Translations under genes and position numbers: made by a program
Shown: positions 14,980 to 28,277 of the stretch, one piece after another
How the letters are laid out: each line of letters starts with the position of its first letter
How positions within the stretch are numbered: the stretch's first letter is position 1
The notes under the pieces: model-generated
The model's database searches: none
The model's input: only the letters and a program-made list of their open reading frames with translations
Told to the model about the DNA's origin: nothing
DNA from: Phoronis australis
Lineage: Eukaryota; Animalia; Phoronida
Direction: 5' to 3'
Assembly: GCA_002633005.1 (NCBI GenBank)
Contig: NMRA01000756.1
Location: 42,638 to 106,637 of the forward strand
DNA length: 64,000 bases

Positions 14980-15719
14980 ATACATGTACCTCTGAACCAG
15001 CTTGGTTATTTTGATATATGCTTTGATGTTACATGTATGTCTATTGCTTAAGTCTCTTTCAAGAAAACGTTTATGTTTACCATAGGACTGTTTAGGTCTC
15101 TTGCCGATGTACTCATGAGTCTTTTTTTCATTAGCTCTGCAGTATCGTGTTGCATGTTCACGGAAAGAATTTTCTGTTAGAATGTGGATTTTCGTGAAAC
15201 AGTGAAATTTGCAATAAAAATTGACTGATGAATATCAATCGAGTTGTTCTCTGTAGAGCAAGCTTCTTTCGAGAAAAGTAAGATTACGCAACACTATACA
15301 AAACCACTCTAAAGAAATGCGCGCTTTTCCAGTGTAAGTTCCGTAACCTAGTGGCATACACCAGAAGCAACTGGTACTCGGTGCTGGAATGTCGAATTTT
15401 GCAAGTAAGATACTCTTAGTATTGTAAGTGAACACGTATTTTCCGTTAGACAAGCGTCTCCATGTCCTAAGAGGTTTAGCAGTATGAAAGATAGGGAAAT
15501 GTCACTTCTCATTGATTAACTAAACGAAGAAACATTGATTTTCCGTTTGATTGATGTCGAAAAATGCATAAAGAGGCAAATTACACTTATGAATGTGTTT
15601 TGCCTGGCACTGCACAAGTAACTATACTTGCTGTTTTCCTTCCAGTGAAAACTCATAAACAAAATGAGGAACTACGAGTCTCCTCACATTTTCACGTTTT
15701 GCCTACTGATTGGTAATCA

Positions 15720-16379
15720 CTGACCTGTGGCAATATCTTCCAGTGCCATGCTAGACTGAGAACTGGCTCCATTTAATCAATTTATTAATCCTGACCGCAC
15801 GTAAACAAGTCTACTCAAACTAAAAGTTCGACCTAATGCCTGTTTTATGATCCAGGCAGTGCTGAAGCCTCGACTTGTTACTAACTCACAAGTCACTTCC
15901 TGCAACTTTAACACTTATTGATCCAGTATCCTGTTGTTGCTATAGCTGGCTGTCTATTAACTAACGTTGTAACAACAGGATCTGTATCAGCAAACCAACT
16001 GCATCTTTAACTCTATCTGCATCTTAAGCTCTTTAACTTAATTTTTGACTCTCGCTAACCCGTGCGCGGGTATTTGTGGTCGTTCAAATGGTTCTGGAAC
16101 TTCTTACCAATTCAAGAAGAACATTCTAGAACTTTCCAAAATCCACCTAGACATCCTACAGACATACGCTATACTTTAGGCTCCTGCAGAGTACGATTCT
16201 GTATTAACCACTAATATACTGGAATCTACTTGAATGTTCTTCTGCAAACAAATTACAACATCACTGGCCTGACCTATAGGTCATGTCAATCGAGTACTAT
16301 TTTCAAGTAGACAATTGACCTCACGCCAGCAGAAGATCGCTCCGCCTATGATGTCACGTGATGCGGAAGTCCGACATCA
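15720..16379 (-). mobile_element. Probable 5' LTR (~15968-16379) plus start of the internal region of a BEL/Pao-like element
   Basis: TG...CA boundaries on the - strand (tgatgtcgg...gttgttaca) are followed by agttaatagacagc. This resembles agtttagacagc upstream of the BEL/Pao fragment at ~36490. No TSD found. Confidence 0.4.
16118..16137. promoter_or_regulatory. Perfect four-unit heat-shock element
   Basis: aGAAc-aTTCt-aGAAc-tTTCc gives alternating nGAAn pentamers. Further partial units lie at 16091-16119. Confidence 0.6.
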
Positions 16380-17755
16380 GACAATAGCTTTGTCAAGCAA
16401 GACCGGTGTGCACGCACACTTTAGCGAACATTATCTTCCCTATGAATCTCGCCATGACAAAGACAAAAGGCAACAGCCTTAAGAAAAGGTTCCAACGGGA
16501 ACTGGGTGAAGATTTAGGTCGAGGACACCGGACATGTAAACCGCCCGCGGATGTTTCAGAAGTCAACGCAAATCCTCCGAGCCTCATAGCGTTTACATCA
16601 GCGTCGACAAAAACTGCACGAATGCGGTTAAAAATAATAATAAAATCCTTAATGAATAACAATTCTTCCCTTAAAGCAAAACGAACGTTTTATAAACAAA
16701 GCACACTTGCCGACTGCGGAATGTTGTCTATGAATCTGTTGTTACCAGTAATACGGGCACTCCGTATTTACACAGTGCGTGCTTGCCGTTTCTGTAGTGC
16801 CACGGCGTAGCGCCAAAATGCTACGTATTTTAGGTAATTGATGTGCATTTTCTCCGATGTTCATAATAAAATTTTCAATCCTTCGCTTTGGCTTTTACTG
16901 GCAATCTTTGTCGAGATAACAGTCATAAGCCAATCGACAGGGTCAAGACTAGGAGTTACGAAGGAATAGGAATAGGCCTATAACAACACTCATAGTCAGT
17001 ATAGATGTAAAAGCCTCTAATAGGTAAGTAGGTATGCACGCAATACATTTTGACTTTTGATAGACTATGTTTTAACTCGTTTTCGTCAGTGCTATGGAAA
17101 TGGTTGTCATGTATGGTTATAATGAACCAGAAAAAGATCTCAGAGACGGCGGGTCACACACTTAACAAAGACTGTAATCCACAGCCAAAAATCCAATATT
17201 GGGAAGAAATATCAAAAAGAGTGCTTACTTTGGAACATACTTGTGTTAAGCTTTCGAGTGGTCAAACAATATTGACAGGTTAGGCTGCTCGTGCGGGAGT
17301 ACACGCAGTTTAAGTAACCCACCGTTTGCTCATTACCACGTTACTTTTAGGCTTTGCGAAAGGCCAAAAATTGACAGGACTTTCATCTCTGTCTGTGTGA
17401 CCACTGTCTGAATTACACAAACCACAACAACACCACTTTGCAATTTAAAATGCACATTGTAGTTGAACGTGTACTGTCCTACAGCCGCTAATGCTTGTCG
17501 GACAAGATGGCGACTTGAACTGCAGTCTGGAGGAATGTCCGGAATGCAGCATTCTGATCGGTCAGTCACACCTGTCATTCATTTTCTGGCGTAAGACTAA
17601 TTACAATAAACATATAAAGCTTATAGACCTAAAACCAGTGACGGTCTACTCCATCCTCACACATCAAAACCGTTACCCATAACCATAGAATCCTCATTCT
17701 GTCTCATATTTGTGGCTCTTTCACGACCACCAAACAGGAAGCGAGGCTCCGGAAA

Positions 17756-19018
17756 ATGTCTCAAAAAGAAAAAAAAATGACATTGTTCTGCCCAAAATCG
17801 CTACACCTACTTTAGTTCTACCATTGCTATGGTTTACCCAACACCAGATTGTGAAAGCAAATTGAAGTTCCTTCCAAGTGACATGTTTGAGAGGGACCTG
17901 GGTCAAAGGTCATACATGATAAACCAAAATTAACAAGTGACACATGATCCTAAATGAAGTTAGGATGAGTCAACAGGTCGATGTTAAATTGACAAATTTA
18001 ACCAGTAAGTGACGTAATCGGTAAACCCGAATGACAGGAACGGTCAGCCTATAGAGTAAACCTAACGAAGTTGGAATCGGAAGTGACGTGCAAGGCGGAA
18101 GTGACACGTAGATAAATGCTAACATCATCAATTTTGTATTGCTTGACACTGTCCACCTCCCGGAAGTATAGTATCCAATAATTAAAAGCGTTATGTTTGA
18201 ATGTGTTAAAATTCTGTAAAACATTGACTCCGTTTTATTGTGTACACCAAAATTATCGCTCTTTGTTCTGTTTCATGTTTAAATAATGGATGTCACATCC
18301 GCCTTACCCATGAAAACACCAGAATAAAAGAAAANTCGTCGACCGCAGATTGACCCTGTGGTTTTTCCGCTTGATCCCAGACCGCCCCGAGTTGCTCCAG
18401 CAGCCAACTCGGGGCGGTCTCTCACGAGGGTTTAGCGTTATGTCTCAAAAAGAAAAAAAAATGACAATGTTCTGCCCAAAATCGCTACACCTACTTTAGT
18501 TCTACCATTGCTATGGGTAAACCAACACCAGATTGTGAAAGCAAATTGAAGTTCTTTCCAAGTGACATGTTTGAGTGGGACCTGGGTCAAAGGTCATACA
18601 TGATAAACCAAAATTAATAAGTGAAACATGATCCTAAATGAAGTTAGGATGAGTCAACAGGTCGATGTTAAATTGACAAATTTAACCAGTAAGTGATGTA
18701 ATCGGTAAACCCGAATGACGGGAAAGGTCAGCCTATAGAGTAAACCTAACGAAGTTGGAATCGGAAGTGACGTGCAAGGCGGAAGTGACACGTAGATAAA
18801 TGCTAACATCATCAATTTTGTATTGCTTGACACTGTCCACCTCCCGGAAGTATAGTATCCAATAATTAAAAGCGTTATGTTTGAATGTGTTAAAATTCTG
18901 TAAAACATTGACTCCGTTTTATTGTGTACACCAAAATTATCGCTCTTTGTTCTGTTTCATGTTTAAATAATGGATGTCACATCCGCCTTACCCATGAAAA
19001 CACCAGAATAAAAGAAAA
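17756..19018. repeat. Near-identical direct duplication (17756-18334 and 18440-19018, offset 684)
   Basis: The two ~580-bp copies differ by scattered substitutions and give twin ORFs (17970-18224 and 18654-18908). A single N lies at 18335, at the end of copy 1. Confidence 0.9.
18379..18420. repeat. Perfect 16-bp GC-rich hairpin
   Basis: agaccgccccgagttg (18379-18394) pairs with caactcggggcggtct (18405-18420) around a 10-nt loop. Confidence 0.9.
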
Positions 19019-19451
19019 CTATCTTTGTTGTTTCAACGTGTAGTAACATTAAAGTACGTTCAAAATAGATTCACACCGCAAGGATCCTCACACAGGGTTA
19101 GGGTCTTCAAGGACAGTCCATACAGCACGCATAATTAACTGAACCAAAATAAAACCATGAATGCCAGAGTGCTTTACACGAGAAATGAAGCCGGGAACGT
19201 TTAAACTATAACGACTCGTATGACAATGAGGTTTACTATAAATAGGTTCATTTCAGGTTGTCAGTAAGCACAGGTTAATAAATTAAGCTGGCTTACACTG
19301 GCCAATGAAAAACGGTCACGTACAGAAACCGACACATTGGTCCCCTAGACCTAATACGATTGATTTGCATCAATCAATAATTGACTGCTATGTAAAAGCC
19401 AGGATTACCATGAAAATGCAAAAATAGTTGCCATGACAACCACTGGATTAA

Positions 19452-21776
19452 TCATTCCAATCGTTGCTTCTTCATCTGCATAAAACTCAAACAATGTAAT
19501 GGAATGAATAAAGCAAAATTGGTTGGCTTTATGAAAGGTGTGCAATTAATACCAATGTGATAACTAAAGCATAATTTTACAAATCCAAGAAAGGATAATG
19601 ACAGCGAATACGCGTATTTATCGTTACAAGTTACATGTATTTTGGAATATTTGATGTAGGGCAGAATTCCGCATAAAAATGGTCGAATGTGAGTATATTT
19701 TTCACAGTCAAAAATGAAATGAACTTCATCTTCAATTCCGTTTTTACAAACACGACAAATCCGTTCATTCACAGGAATTCCGAAGTACCGTCCCACCTAA
19801 ACCTGTAATGGTTGAATACCTGCTCTCAATCGAGCTATGACGGGCCTCTGAGACACCAGCCGACGCAAATACTCTTCTACACAATAGACATTCTTAACAA
19901 ACCTATATAAGAATAGTTTTGGTTTTTCAGTGATTATTTTTAACCAATTTAACTCTTCTAAATGGAACCTGAATGTTTTGAAGTTTTCGAGAGACACAGT
20001 TTGTTTGTTCCTGAAATTTTCTAAAAATCGCATTTCTCCATAATTTTAAATATTTAACTTGACCAATTGCAGGAGTTCCGATGTTTAAGGTTACATAAAA
20101 AGACTTTTTTGCAATTCTGCTTTCATCCATTAGAACTAAACGATTCCAGAGCCTTAGCATATTTTCATGTTGTTTGTAGTGTGAATTTGGCCAACCTGAG
20201 TCGCCATAAAGTACTGCATTGGCAGCATAATTGTGAATCCCTAAGAATATACTTAGTGCTCTCGTTCTGAGAGTATCCCCAAATTCCAGACCCATATTCT
20301 AGAATTGAAGGTACTGACATTTCAAAACATTTACTGTAACTGTTGAAACCCATGTTACCAATATGTTTGTACTTGCTCACCAGATCTCCCAACGCTCTAG
20401 ACACGGAGTCTGCCAGTATCTCGGCTGTCAAACTGAAATCCATAAACTCGTTCAGAGTTACACCCAGATACTTATAACATGCTCTTAAATTCACAATGGG
20501 ATCGCACAAAATGAATTCAAAACTCGTTCTTACATGTCACCTCTTGCGAAAATGAACCACATCACCCTTGGAAAATTTTACAGACATTTGCCACCTTGCA
20601 CACCAATTACTCAGTACGTTCAGTAAATCCTGTAAATAGGTTTCATTACCAGAAAAAATCACAACGTCATCTGCATACGAGAGACCTTTGCTACAACTGT
20701 TCAAATCATCAATGAAATCATTTATGAAAATTAAAAACAATGTAGGCGACAATGGATCTCCCTGCCTGACCCCTCTTTGTATTGGGAACCAGTTGGTATA
20801 ACTTGGCTGACCTAATTATACACAAGCTTCTGTCTGCGCATACAACGATTTTACTGAGTGATAGAATTTTCCAACCACTTCCAAATCAATTAATTTTTTC
20901 AATAAGAAGTTTCTATCGAAATTGTCAAAAGCCTTTCCATATCGACGAATATTGGAAATGTTGGTCTATTACAAGCTATCCTATTTCTAACAATAGGCGT
21001 GAGTTTTAACACGTGGTCAAGACAAGACTTCCCCTGTCGAAAACCATTTTGTTCTTCATTCAGTTTGTGTTCGACATTCAGAAACTCGGTTAATCTCCTG
21101 TGTAGTACTTCACAATACACTTTGCTCACGGTGGAGAGGAGGCTAATGCCTCTATAGTTGGATGGTAAATTCAAATCTCTATCTGATCCTTTCGGTATAG
21201 GGGTGATAATCGCTTTATATCATAATGATGGAATAAATCCAGTGTCAAAGACCTTCTGAAAGAGCGAGACCAAAATGTTAACCATCTCTGAGGATCTCAG
21301 CACTTCATATGGAATCCTGTCTATACCATTGGCCTTACCCGATTTTAATTTGCGAATAACAGAATAAACTTCAAAAAACGAAAATCTTTTTCCAGTACTT
21401 CTTTTACATGACCCGAAAGTTCAAAATATTGCATTGCTTTCTCCAAATCCTTTACGTTTTGATTTTCAGCCATTGGAATTTTCGCAAACAAATCTCTAAA
21501 ACTGGCCACCCATCTTTCTGAGGGAATAGTGTTTTCATGTCTCTTCTTGAGCTGAGGTCTTAAGTTCTTGAGTTCCTTCCAAAAACATTGGGGTCATTTT
21601 CACGACTCCTCAATCAGTGTTAATTTATTTTTCAAATACTGCCTTTTTAAAAACCCGAATCTTTTGTCAAAATGAGATCTAGATCTCTTATATTCAAACA
21701 GTCGCTCCCTTCGTCGTTTACTATTTTTTTCTTTAAGAAATACTTTTTTCTTTTTTGACCACCTTATTCCACAGTT
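19452..21776 (-). mobile_element. CR1-group LINE ORF2, 3' part (reverse transcriptase and C-terminal Cys motif), degenerate
   Basis: Motifs NYRGISLLSTVSKVY, EEQNGFRQGKSCLDH, GVRQGDPLSPTLFLIFIND, SYADD, YKYLGV and GRYFGIPVNERICRVC...EDEVHFIFDC. Multiple frameshifts and stops. Confidence 0.93.
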
Positions 21777-22431
21777 TGTGGTATATCAATGCGTGTTGTG
21801 GTCGATAAATGGCGCGCACGTGGTAATAAGTAAAACAACACACGAATACTTTAACAATAGAATACGTCTATTAATTTGCAGCGTTGTGATTTACAAATTA
21901 AAGATTACAATAAGTTGTGAGACTGACGACTAACTGATTGAGACAAGATATCATTACTAGAAAACTACTAATCAACAGTGCCACTGGTTCCCGTAGCTAC
22001 CGCACACGTTAACACAAAACAAGTCACAACAGAACTAACCCTCCAGAACAATCACTAGCCGGTTCAAATTGACTAACAGGCTGAGACCAACGCCCGTGAT
22101 AAATGTCTATACCTCAGNNNNNNNNNNNNNNNNNNNNNNNNNNNNNNNNNNNNNNNNNNNNNNNNNNNNNNNNNNNNNNNNNNNNNNNNNNNNNNNNNNN
22201 NNNNNNNNNNNNNNNNNNNNNNNNNNNNNNNNNNNNNNNNNNNNNNNNNNNNNNNNNNNNNNNNNNNNNNNNNNNNNNNNNNNNNNNNNNNNNNNNNNNN
22301 NNNNNNNNNNNNNNNNNNNNNNNNNNNNNNNNNNNNNNNNNNNNNNNNNNNNNNNNNNNNNNNNNNNNNNNNNNNNNNNNNNNNNNNNNNNNNNNNNNNN
22401 NNNNNNNNNNNNNNNNNNNNNNNNNNNNNNN

Positions 22432-25400
22432 GTCATGGGGTCATACAAGCAGAAAACATGGATAACTTGCCCAGGTTTGAACGAGTCAATCTCAGCTGAA
22501 GCCAAATTTTACACTTTGAAACTTAATTGTGGGTTTGATCTCTCTTAGTAGAATAGATATTTGGCATCAAAACCACCGGCAAACACATGTCTTCATAGTA
22601 ATGAGCAATTGTTCGCAGCCACCTCAGCCAAAGTGAGCACTTGTGACAATAGCTACTAGTCATCGAAAATGTTGACTTTTGAGATTAAAAAGTGCTCAAA
22701 AGGCTGTTAAAATATTGGGCTTATTTCATAGCAAATAAAATTCAATAAAATTGGTATTTTTTATTTTACTGTGAATTACCATTTTGATGAAGAGCCCTTG
22801 AGGTGTCTCTGATATCACTGAATAAAAAATGGCTGATGAGGTGGTTGAAGTAGTTAATATAGTGTGTTCGTTGGCATAATCCTACAAATCTGGTTTATGG
22901 AGCTTCAAAGGAATCTGGAAACCATGCAGCATGCAATTGAATCAAGCCATTTGAAATATGTTAAAGTCACCGACCTAGTCCCGTTCAGTGACAGTGCTGA
23001 AACTGAAAGTGGCAGCTGATTCTTGCCAGGGTCAGAGTGGGATTGTTTACAACAGTTTGCCCCCCCCCCCAGTTTGTGGAAATCGTCGATCTCAGCATGG
23101 TATCAGATGGAGGCCAAGTAAAAGTAATATATGTGCCCACTTTCAACATCAGAAAGGCTCTAAGCCCAAGGCCAAGCTTGAGTTTGAAAAGTAAGTGGAA
23201 ATACAGTCAACAAAGAATTTCTGGAAGAACAGAATGTATCGATTCCAGTTGGGTCAGGTAAGTTGTGCTGCAGGTCACCAATACTCTATACCTGTTGATA
23301 ACGACTTTATTATATTTGCTTTCTCAACTAGATTCTGACTGCAGTCGCCAGGAAGGGCACAACCCTACATGAAGTAAAGCGACACTCGAGTACTAGAGTG
23401 ATTTTAGTAACTTCTTCCAGTACTGACTTGTATTAGTAGAATATTCACTTTATCTCAATATTTAGGGTTTGTCGAAATACATTCTATTTTATGAATACAC
23501 ATGTGTAAGAAGTGGAAATTTGGTGTCCATTATCAAAAGATTTAATCGAGCCCTTGTCTCCTAGCTGACACCAATTTCTCGTCTAATTCACCTGTAGTTG
23601 ATCACATTGCTCTATCCGTATAACTAGAGATACATAAATTTCCAAATATGCAGTGGAACACCATTAAAATGGGGCCTAATTTAATTAACATAGATAAAGT
23701 TTTACCACCGTTAGGGTCCCTAATACTTGAAGCATTCAACCTCAAGAATAAGACTGGGGAAAACATTTGGGATTCAAAATACAGCATTCTGTTTGGATTT
23801 ATGTTATGCCTACTTTCCATAAAATTCTATTGCAGGTCTATGCAGAAATTGTAAGCGTTTAACAAAGAAGTTAGCCACTGTTGTTGAGCTTACTACAGAA
23901 AGAGTACTTGTAAGTAGTTAGTTAATGAATTGGAGTGTTGTTGCACAAAACCTTTTTCTGAGATTCTTTGTTCCCGGATTTAAGTGCATCAACATTTAAT
24001 AATCGCAAAGCAGTAGTTGTAGTAGATTTTTATTTCAGTTGTATTGTGGTTGCTTATAAACCTCGTAGACAAATAAAAATGCCGTGCATTCAGCGAATTT
24101 TGCGTCTCGGAAGTTTTACTGCTCGAGTTGTCCATAGTTACAGGAGTATGTAACTACAAGGTTTGCAAATTGCCTCAAATATAAACAGGGCTGGTGCCTG
24201 GTGGGCTTGTAAACTGCGCATTGACTCAAAAACTGGTGACCGTCTCACTAACTCATCTGCTAGGAAACATTACTGATGGACTGTAACATTGTCCTTGTAT
24301 TTGCAAACAAAACACTTTGTATGTATGCTATATTTACTGTCCTGTCAACCATGTCTCTCAGACAAAGTGGATTTGGCTCCACGCACTGCGATTTTTGGGT
24401 GCATAAGTAATGTTTTGCGAGTTTGGGCCAGAGCTTATGAGTCAATGGATAGGGTTAACAGACTTTGAACTATGTTTATGGTGAGGAGCTATGTTAATAA
24501 GTGCACAATCTGTTTAGTTCTGAGCCAGTTATTTCACCACAACTGTCAACATTTGAAAATTCCTCTGAGAGGGAAGACTGCTTGTAATGAAAGCTTAGGT
24601 ACTCCAAATAGGTCATAACAGGATTTTTATAGTTGCTCCGGGCTGTGTTAGTGACCACTGAGGCAAATTTTGAAAGGTGCATTTAGCTAAAAATATTGAA
24701 GATGCAATTGTATTCCTTTTATCCTGAAAATCATGTACTAAAACATAATTTTTTTCTCAATCAGCATCGTAGCATGAAGAGTGTTGGATCTTGTCTTAAC
24801 TTTATGGCATTTCGAAGCCGTGGCAATGCTATATCAAGTGGAAACGAGGGTGACCAACCATCATTCTGGCTGCCCACGCCTTTGCCAAAGATCCATAAGT
24901 CGAATCAGTTTCTCACTGCTGCATCTGATGGAAGAGTCAACCCTGTTAGGACCCAGCTTCTAACTGACATCGATGAATTTTCCGAAAGGTCCTAGCGATA
25001 TTACAAACAAAAAGCCAGCAAAGCATTATCTGTAACCCATGAATGTATTGTTCCTGGTCATAGTGATGTTCTAAAAGAATGTCTCTCATCCCAGCAGATT
25101 AAATATTTTCCCGTTTAGCAGCACTCAATAATTCTGGGAAACTCGCACAGTTTGATGCCTTTGGAATGAAAAGAATCGCTGAGGAAGACCATCGATTTGA
25201 ACTGTGACAAAATATTGTTGAGTCAATGGAATTGCCGCAGTAGCACATTTCATGTAAACAAGACTCAGAGACATTTGAAATACAGTATGTCAAAAGTAGT
25301 CAAACAAAGTGCTATTTCCATTTCGTGGCGTGTCATCTGTGCTGACTAAAGGTGTCTCATTGTACACCTAATTTGCTCGCATTTTGTAAATGTGACCACA

Positions 25401-27420
25401 TTTGTTCTTTTCTATTTACTTGATTTATGGCGTGTAATTTGCCTGTGTCCTATATCAGGCTCAGTATAGTATTACTATTCTCTAAACTACTTTGGTGCTT
25501 GTTTAATGTTTGGCTATTTTATTGTTTTGCTATATAAGTACAGTATAACCTGCTCCGCTGCATCTTTGTCTAACATAATAAACAATAATTTAAATCAGGA
25601 CAGTTTTTAAATATTGCCCAACTTTGTTCCAAAATCTCCTTGCAGGATTACCAAAGTTCACCTATACTTATGCAGTCTGAACGTTTGCATATTTTATTTT
25701 CGTTTTGCTGCGCATGCATTGTCTCATGATTTTTCAATGAAGTAGCTGACACTACATGTATTAGTCTCGAGACTTCTGAATTTTTGGAGTCTGACTGATG
25801 GTAAGCACCAAACACCATTGCATATCCATACTAAAATCGGGCGGATCCAGGATTTTGAGTTGGGGGGCAGGGCACAGAATTTCGCCACATCCGCGCGCCC
25901 ACCCTAAAATGTAGGGATGCAGGAGTCTCGCAATTTTGGGTTTGTGGACTTATTACTAAGAAAATCTGGTAAACGGGGTTTGTTCAAGGCCAATGCATTG
26001 TGCATTCGCCCCCGGAGCCCCCTGGGTGCGAGAAAATGCTAGTCAGCAATTCGCACCCTGAACTGACAAATGGTATCTGGGAGAATTTTAGGGGGGCCTT
26101 TCCCCTTGGCCCCCTCCCGGAATCCGCCATTGAAACTGTGATTGATGCAGAAAACATCTGAACTGATTTATCTGCTATCTTGCGTGTGAAATACTCGATT
26201 TCCTGTGTCTTTTTATGAAAATGTCTACCAACCTTCCGCAAATACATCATTCTATGCGTTGTCGGTAAAAACTAAAAAACATTGGTATCCATAATGCGAG
26301 AATATTCAGACATCCATATGCACATATCGGCGTGTGCTGTTCGGGGACTTCCCGAATGAGAAGCTTAAGAAAAGTTATTTAACAACGCCAATTTCACCGG
26401 TAGTCGACTGTCCTTATAAGATCAGTGTTCCTAACCTCATTTCACAGCATCTATCCCATACCATTTCAATATATCTCTTTTTTATGACTAACTACTTTGC
26501 TGTATGATTTGTTCAGGTTTGGTGATATACACTGTATGGAGATGCAGTTGTCTCCTTCCGGCCCAATACACCTATTATTGTTTTTTATAAAATACGTTGA
26601 ACTGAGATGCGTCGGGACACGATCAACCGACTTCGAGAAAATTAGAAAACTAAATTTTAATCAGACCCACACATTAAAATTTCACAATTTGAGTTCGCAG
26701 TTATGTATAACTGAAGACTTACTTAATAGATTTTTTACGCAACCATAATGCATTTTCAAACGGTGAGTATATGCACATGCTATTGGCAACGTTATCGTCA
26801 GGGTCAAAGGAAACCAACGTGCCTTGTTGTGCTTCTCATTCTTTTCAGTAATGTAACAAAATTAAAGCTCTCTTGATACATGTTCGATCGCCTATTTTAA
26901 GATTTCAAAACTGTATTTTGAATCCTCGCATACATTTGTTACAATGAAGACATTGGCCAGTTGCACAATTTTGGTGAGGTGCCCTAGTTCTAGAGCCCGA
27001 TGCGGTATGAAGAAGGATGATTGCCTAAACTTTTGATGGTTTTATTTTGTAGAGCTAAGATCAATCTAAACACTGGTTGTAGTTTTGTTGTTTTAAATTT
27101 GGCTTCAGCTGAGACAATTAGTCAGGAAGTAGGGCAGTTTTCAACATTTTGGAATCACCAAAAACTAGCTAAATTGGTAGCCTTCAAAAACGGCTAAGAT
27201 GTAACTGAAACTGTGATATTTTCTATGACTGGCAAATTGAAAGACACCTCAATTCAGTGATAAACTTGAAGTGTTTCATTTTGCACTATTGTTCTCAAGG
27301 TAAGTTCGCAAAAAGTGCCAAAATGTAGCTGTAACGAGGCTTGGATTTGGCAGAAAACCAACACGTTCCCATAGCAACCACAAGGTAGCGCACGCAAAAA
27401 AATTAATGTTGGTATGAAGG
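22432..27420 (+). mobile_element. Degenerate DNA transposon with subterminal inverted repeats
   Basis: A 20-bp inverted repeat: tctcagctgaagccaaattt (22490-22509) and aaatttggcttcagctgaga (27095-27114). Broken coding remnants lie at ~24900-25180 (NQFLTAASDGRVNPVRTQL...RS*RYYKQKASKA; LAQFDAFGMKRI). Confidence 0.5.
25839..26132 (-). mobile_element. GC-rich MITE-like repeat nested in the DNA transposon
   Basis: Ends are gggcggatccagg and ggaatccgccattg. It is an inverted copy of 5188-5460. Confidence 0.65.
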
Positions 27421-27471
27421 TTGGGGCATCAACCCCTACCATCATGCAAACAATCGAGGAAATCCGTGACA

Positions 27472-28273
27472 TAGCCTTTTATCACTTTTTGCCTGGTCCA
27501 TTCGTGGACGTGCTCTTAAATGCAATTCCATTTCTTTTTTTATAATTTTGCAGAGGGAATTATAAATCTCATCGACTTCATATCGTTTACGACACTCATT
27601 TTCTAATATTAAAAACAACTCCCCAATCGCACTTTTAAAAGTCTCATTATCTATGAATTCACTAGGGATAGAATTTAATTTAAACCGTTTTCTAAATCGA
27701 ATATCAAAGGAGTTATCCCTACCATGATCCTCTACAGTTTCGTCACTGATATTCACTGGAACGTGTAGCATGATTTTAAAACAATACGCTGTGATCAGGC
27801 AGTTTTGACTTTTCTGACAATAGTCTCAGTAAATGATGTTTGTCAACTACCTCTGTACAAGTATGGACCTCAAATTTAAGACAAGACTGAAGCGACTCAT
27901 GGGGAACAATAAAGTAAACTACAACCGCTCTTCCTCTATGACTTATCAAGGTGAAGTTACATGTATCTCTACTTAACTCTTTCCTACCATTGACTATGCA
28001 AGTTTTAGAGTCGAACAAAAAGTAAATGTAACTTCTACCATGACTATTTACAACTTTATCAATTACGACTCGTTTATTTACTTGACAATCAACATCTGGA
28101 ATGTAATCATTCAAGTTACCCACTCTCGAGTTAAATTCTCCACATATAACGTCATCTGCTATATCTGCATGTAAATATAACTGGCATAATAGATAGCTAT
28201 AGAAACTATCTGCATCACAACCCCTCAGGTGGTAAATAGCAACAATATACAATAATACAATAGCCTAAGCGTA
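27472..28273 (-). mobile_element. CR1-group LINE ORF2: APE endonuclease C-terminal half and linker
   Basis: Motifs CYLPPEG, ICGEFNSRVG (GDFN motif), VNSHGR, CIVNGR, FTLISHRGRAVVVY and LPDHSVL. Confidence 0.9.
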
Positions 28274-28277
28274 TTAA

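Larger units (their letters stand above)
21777..27471 (-). mobile_element. LTR-like insertion interrupting the LINE, itself interrupted
   Basis: LINE coding stops at KSDKRL (27472) and resumes at KLWNKVVKKEK (~21776). The insert reads TGTCACGG...ATACCACA on the - strand (TG...CA). No clear TSD; contains an N gap. Confidence 0.45.

Noticed and set aside
17970-18908. Pair of paralogous 84-aa proteins
   Set aside because: They arise simply from the DNA duplication and show no domain or splice evidence.
22069-22548. Long ORFs in the track
   Set aside because: They are artefacts of the N gap.
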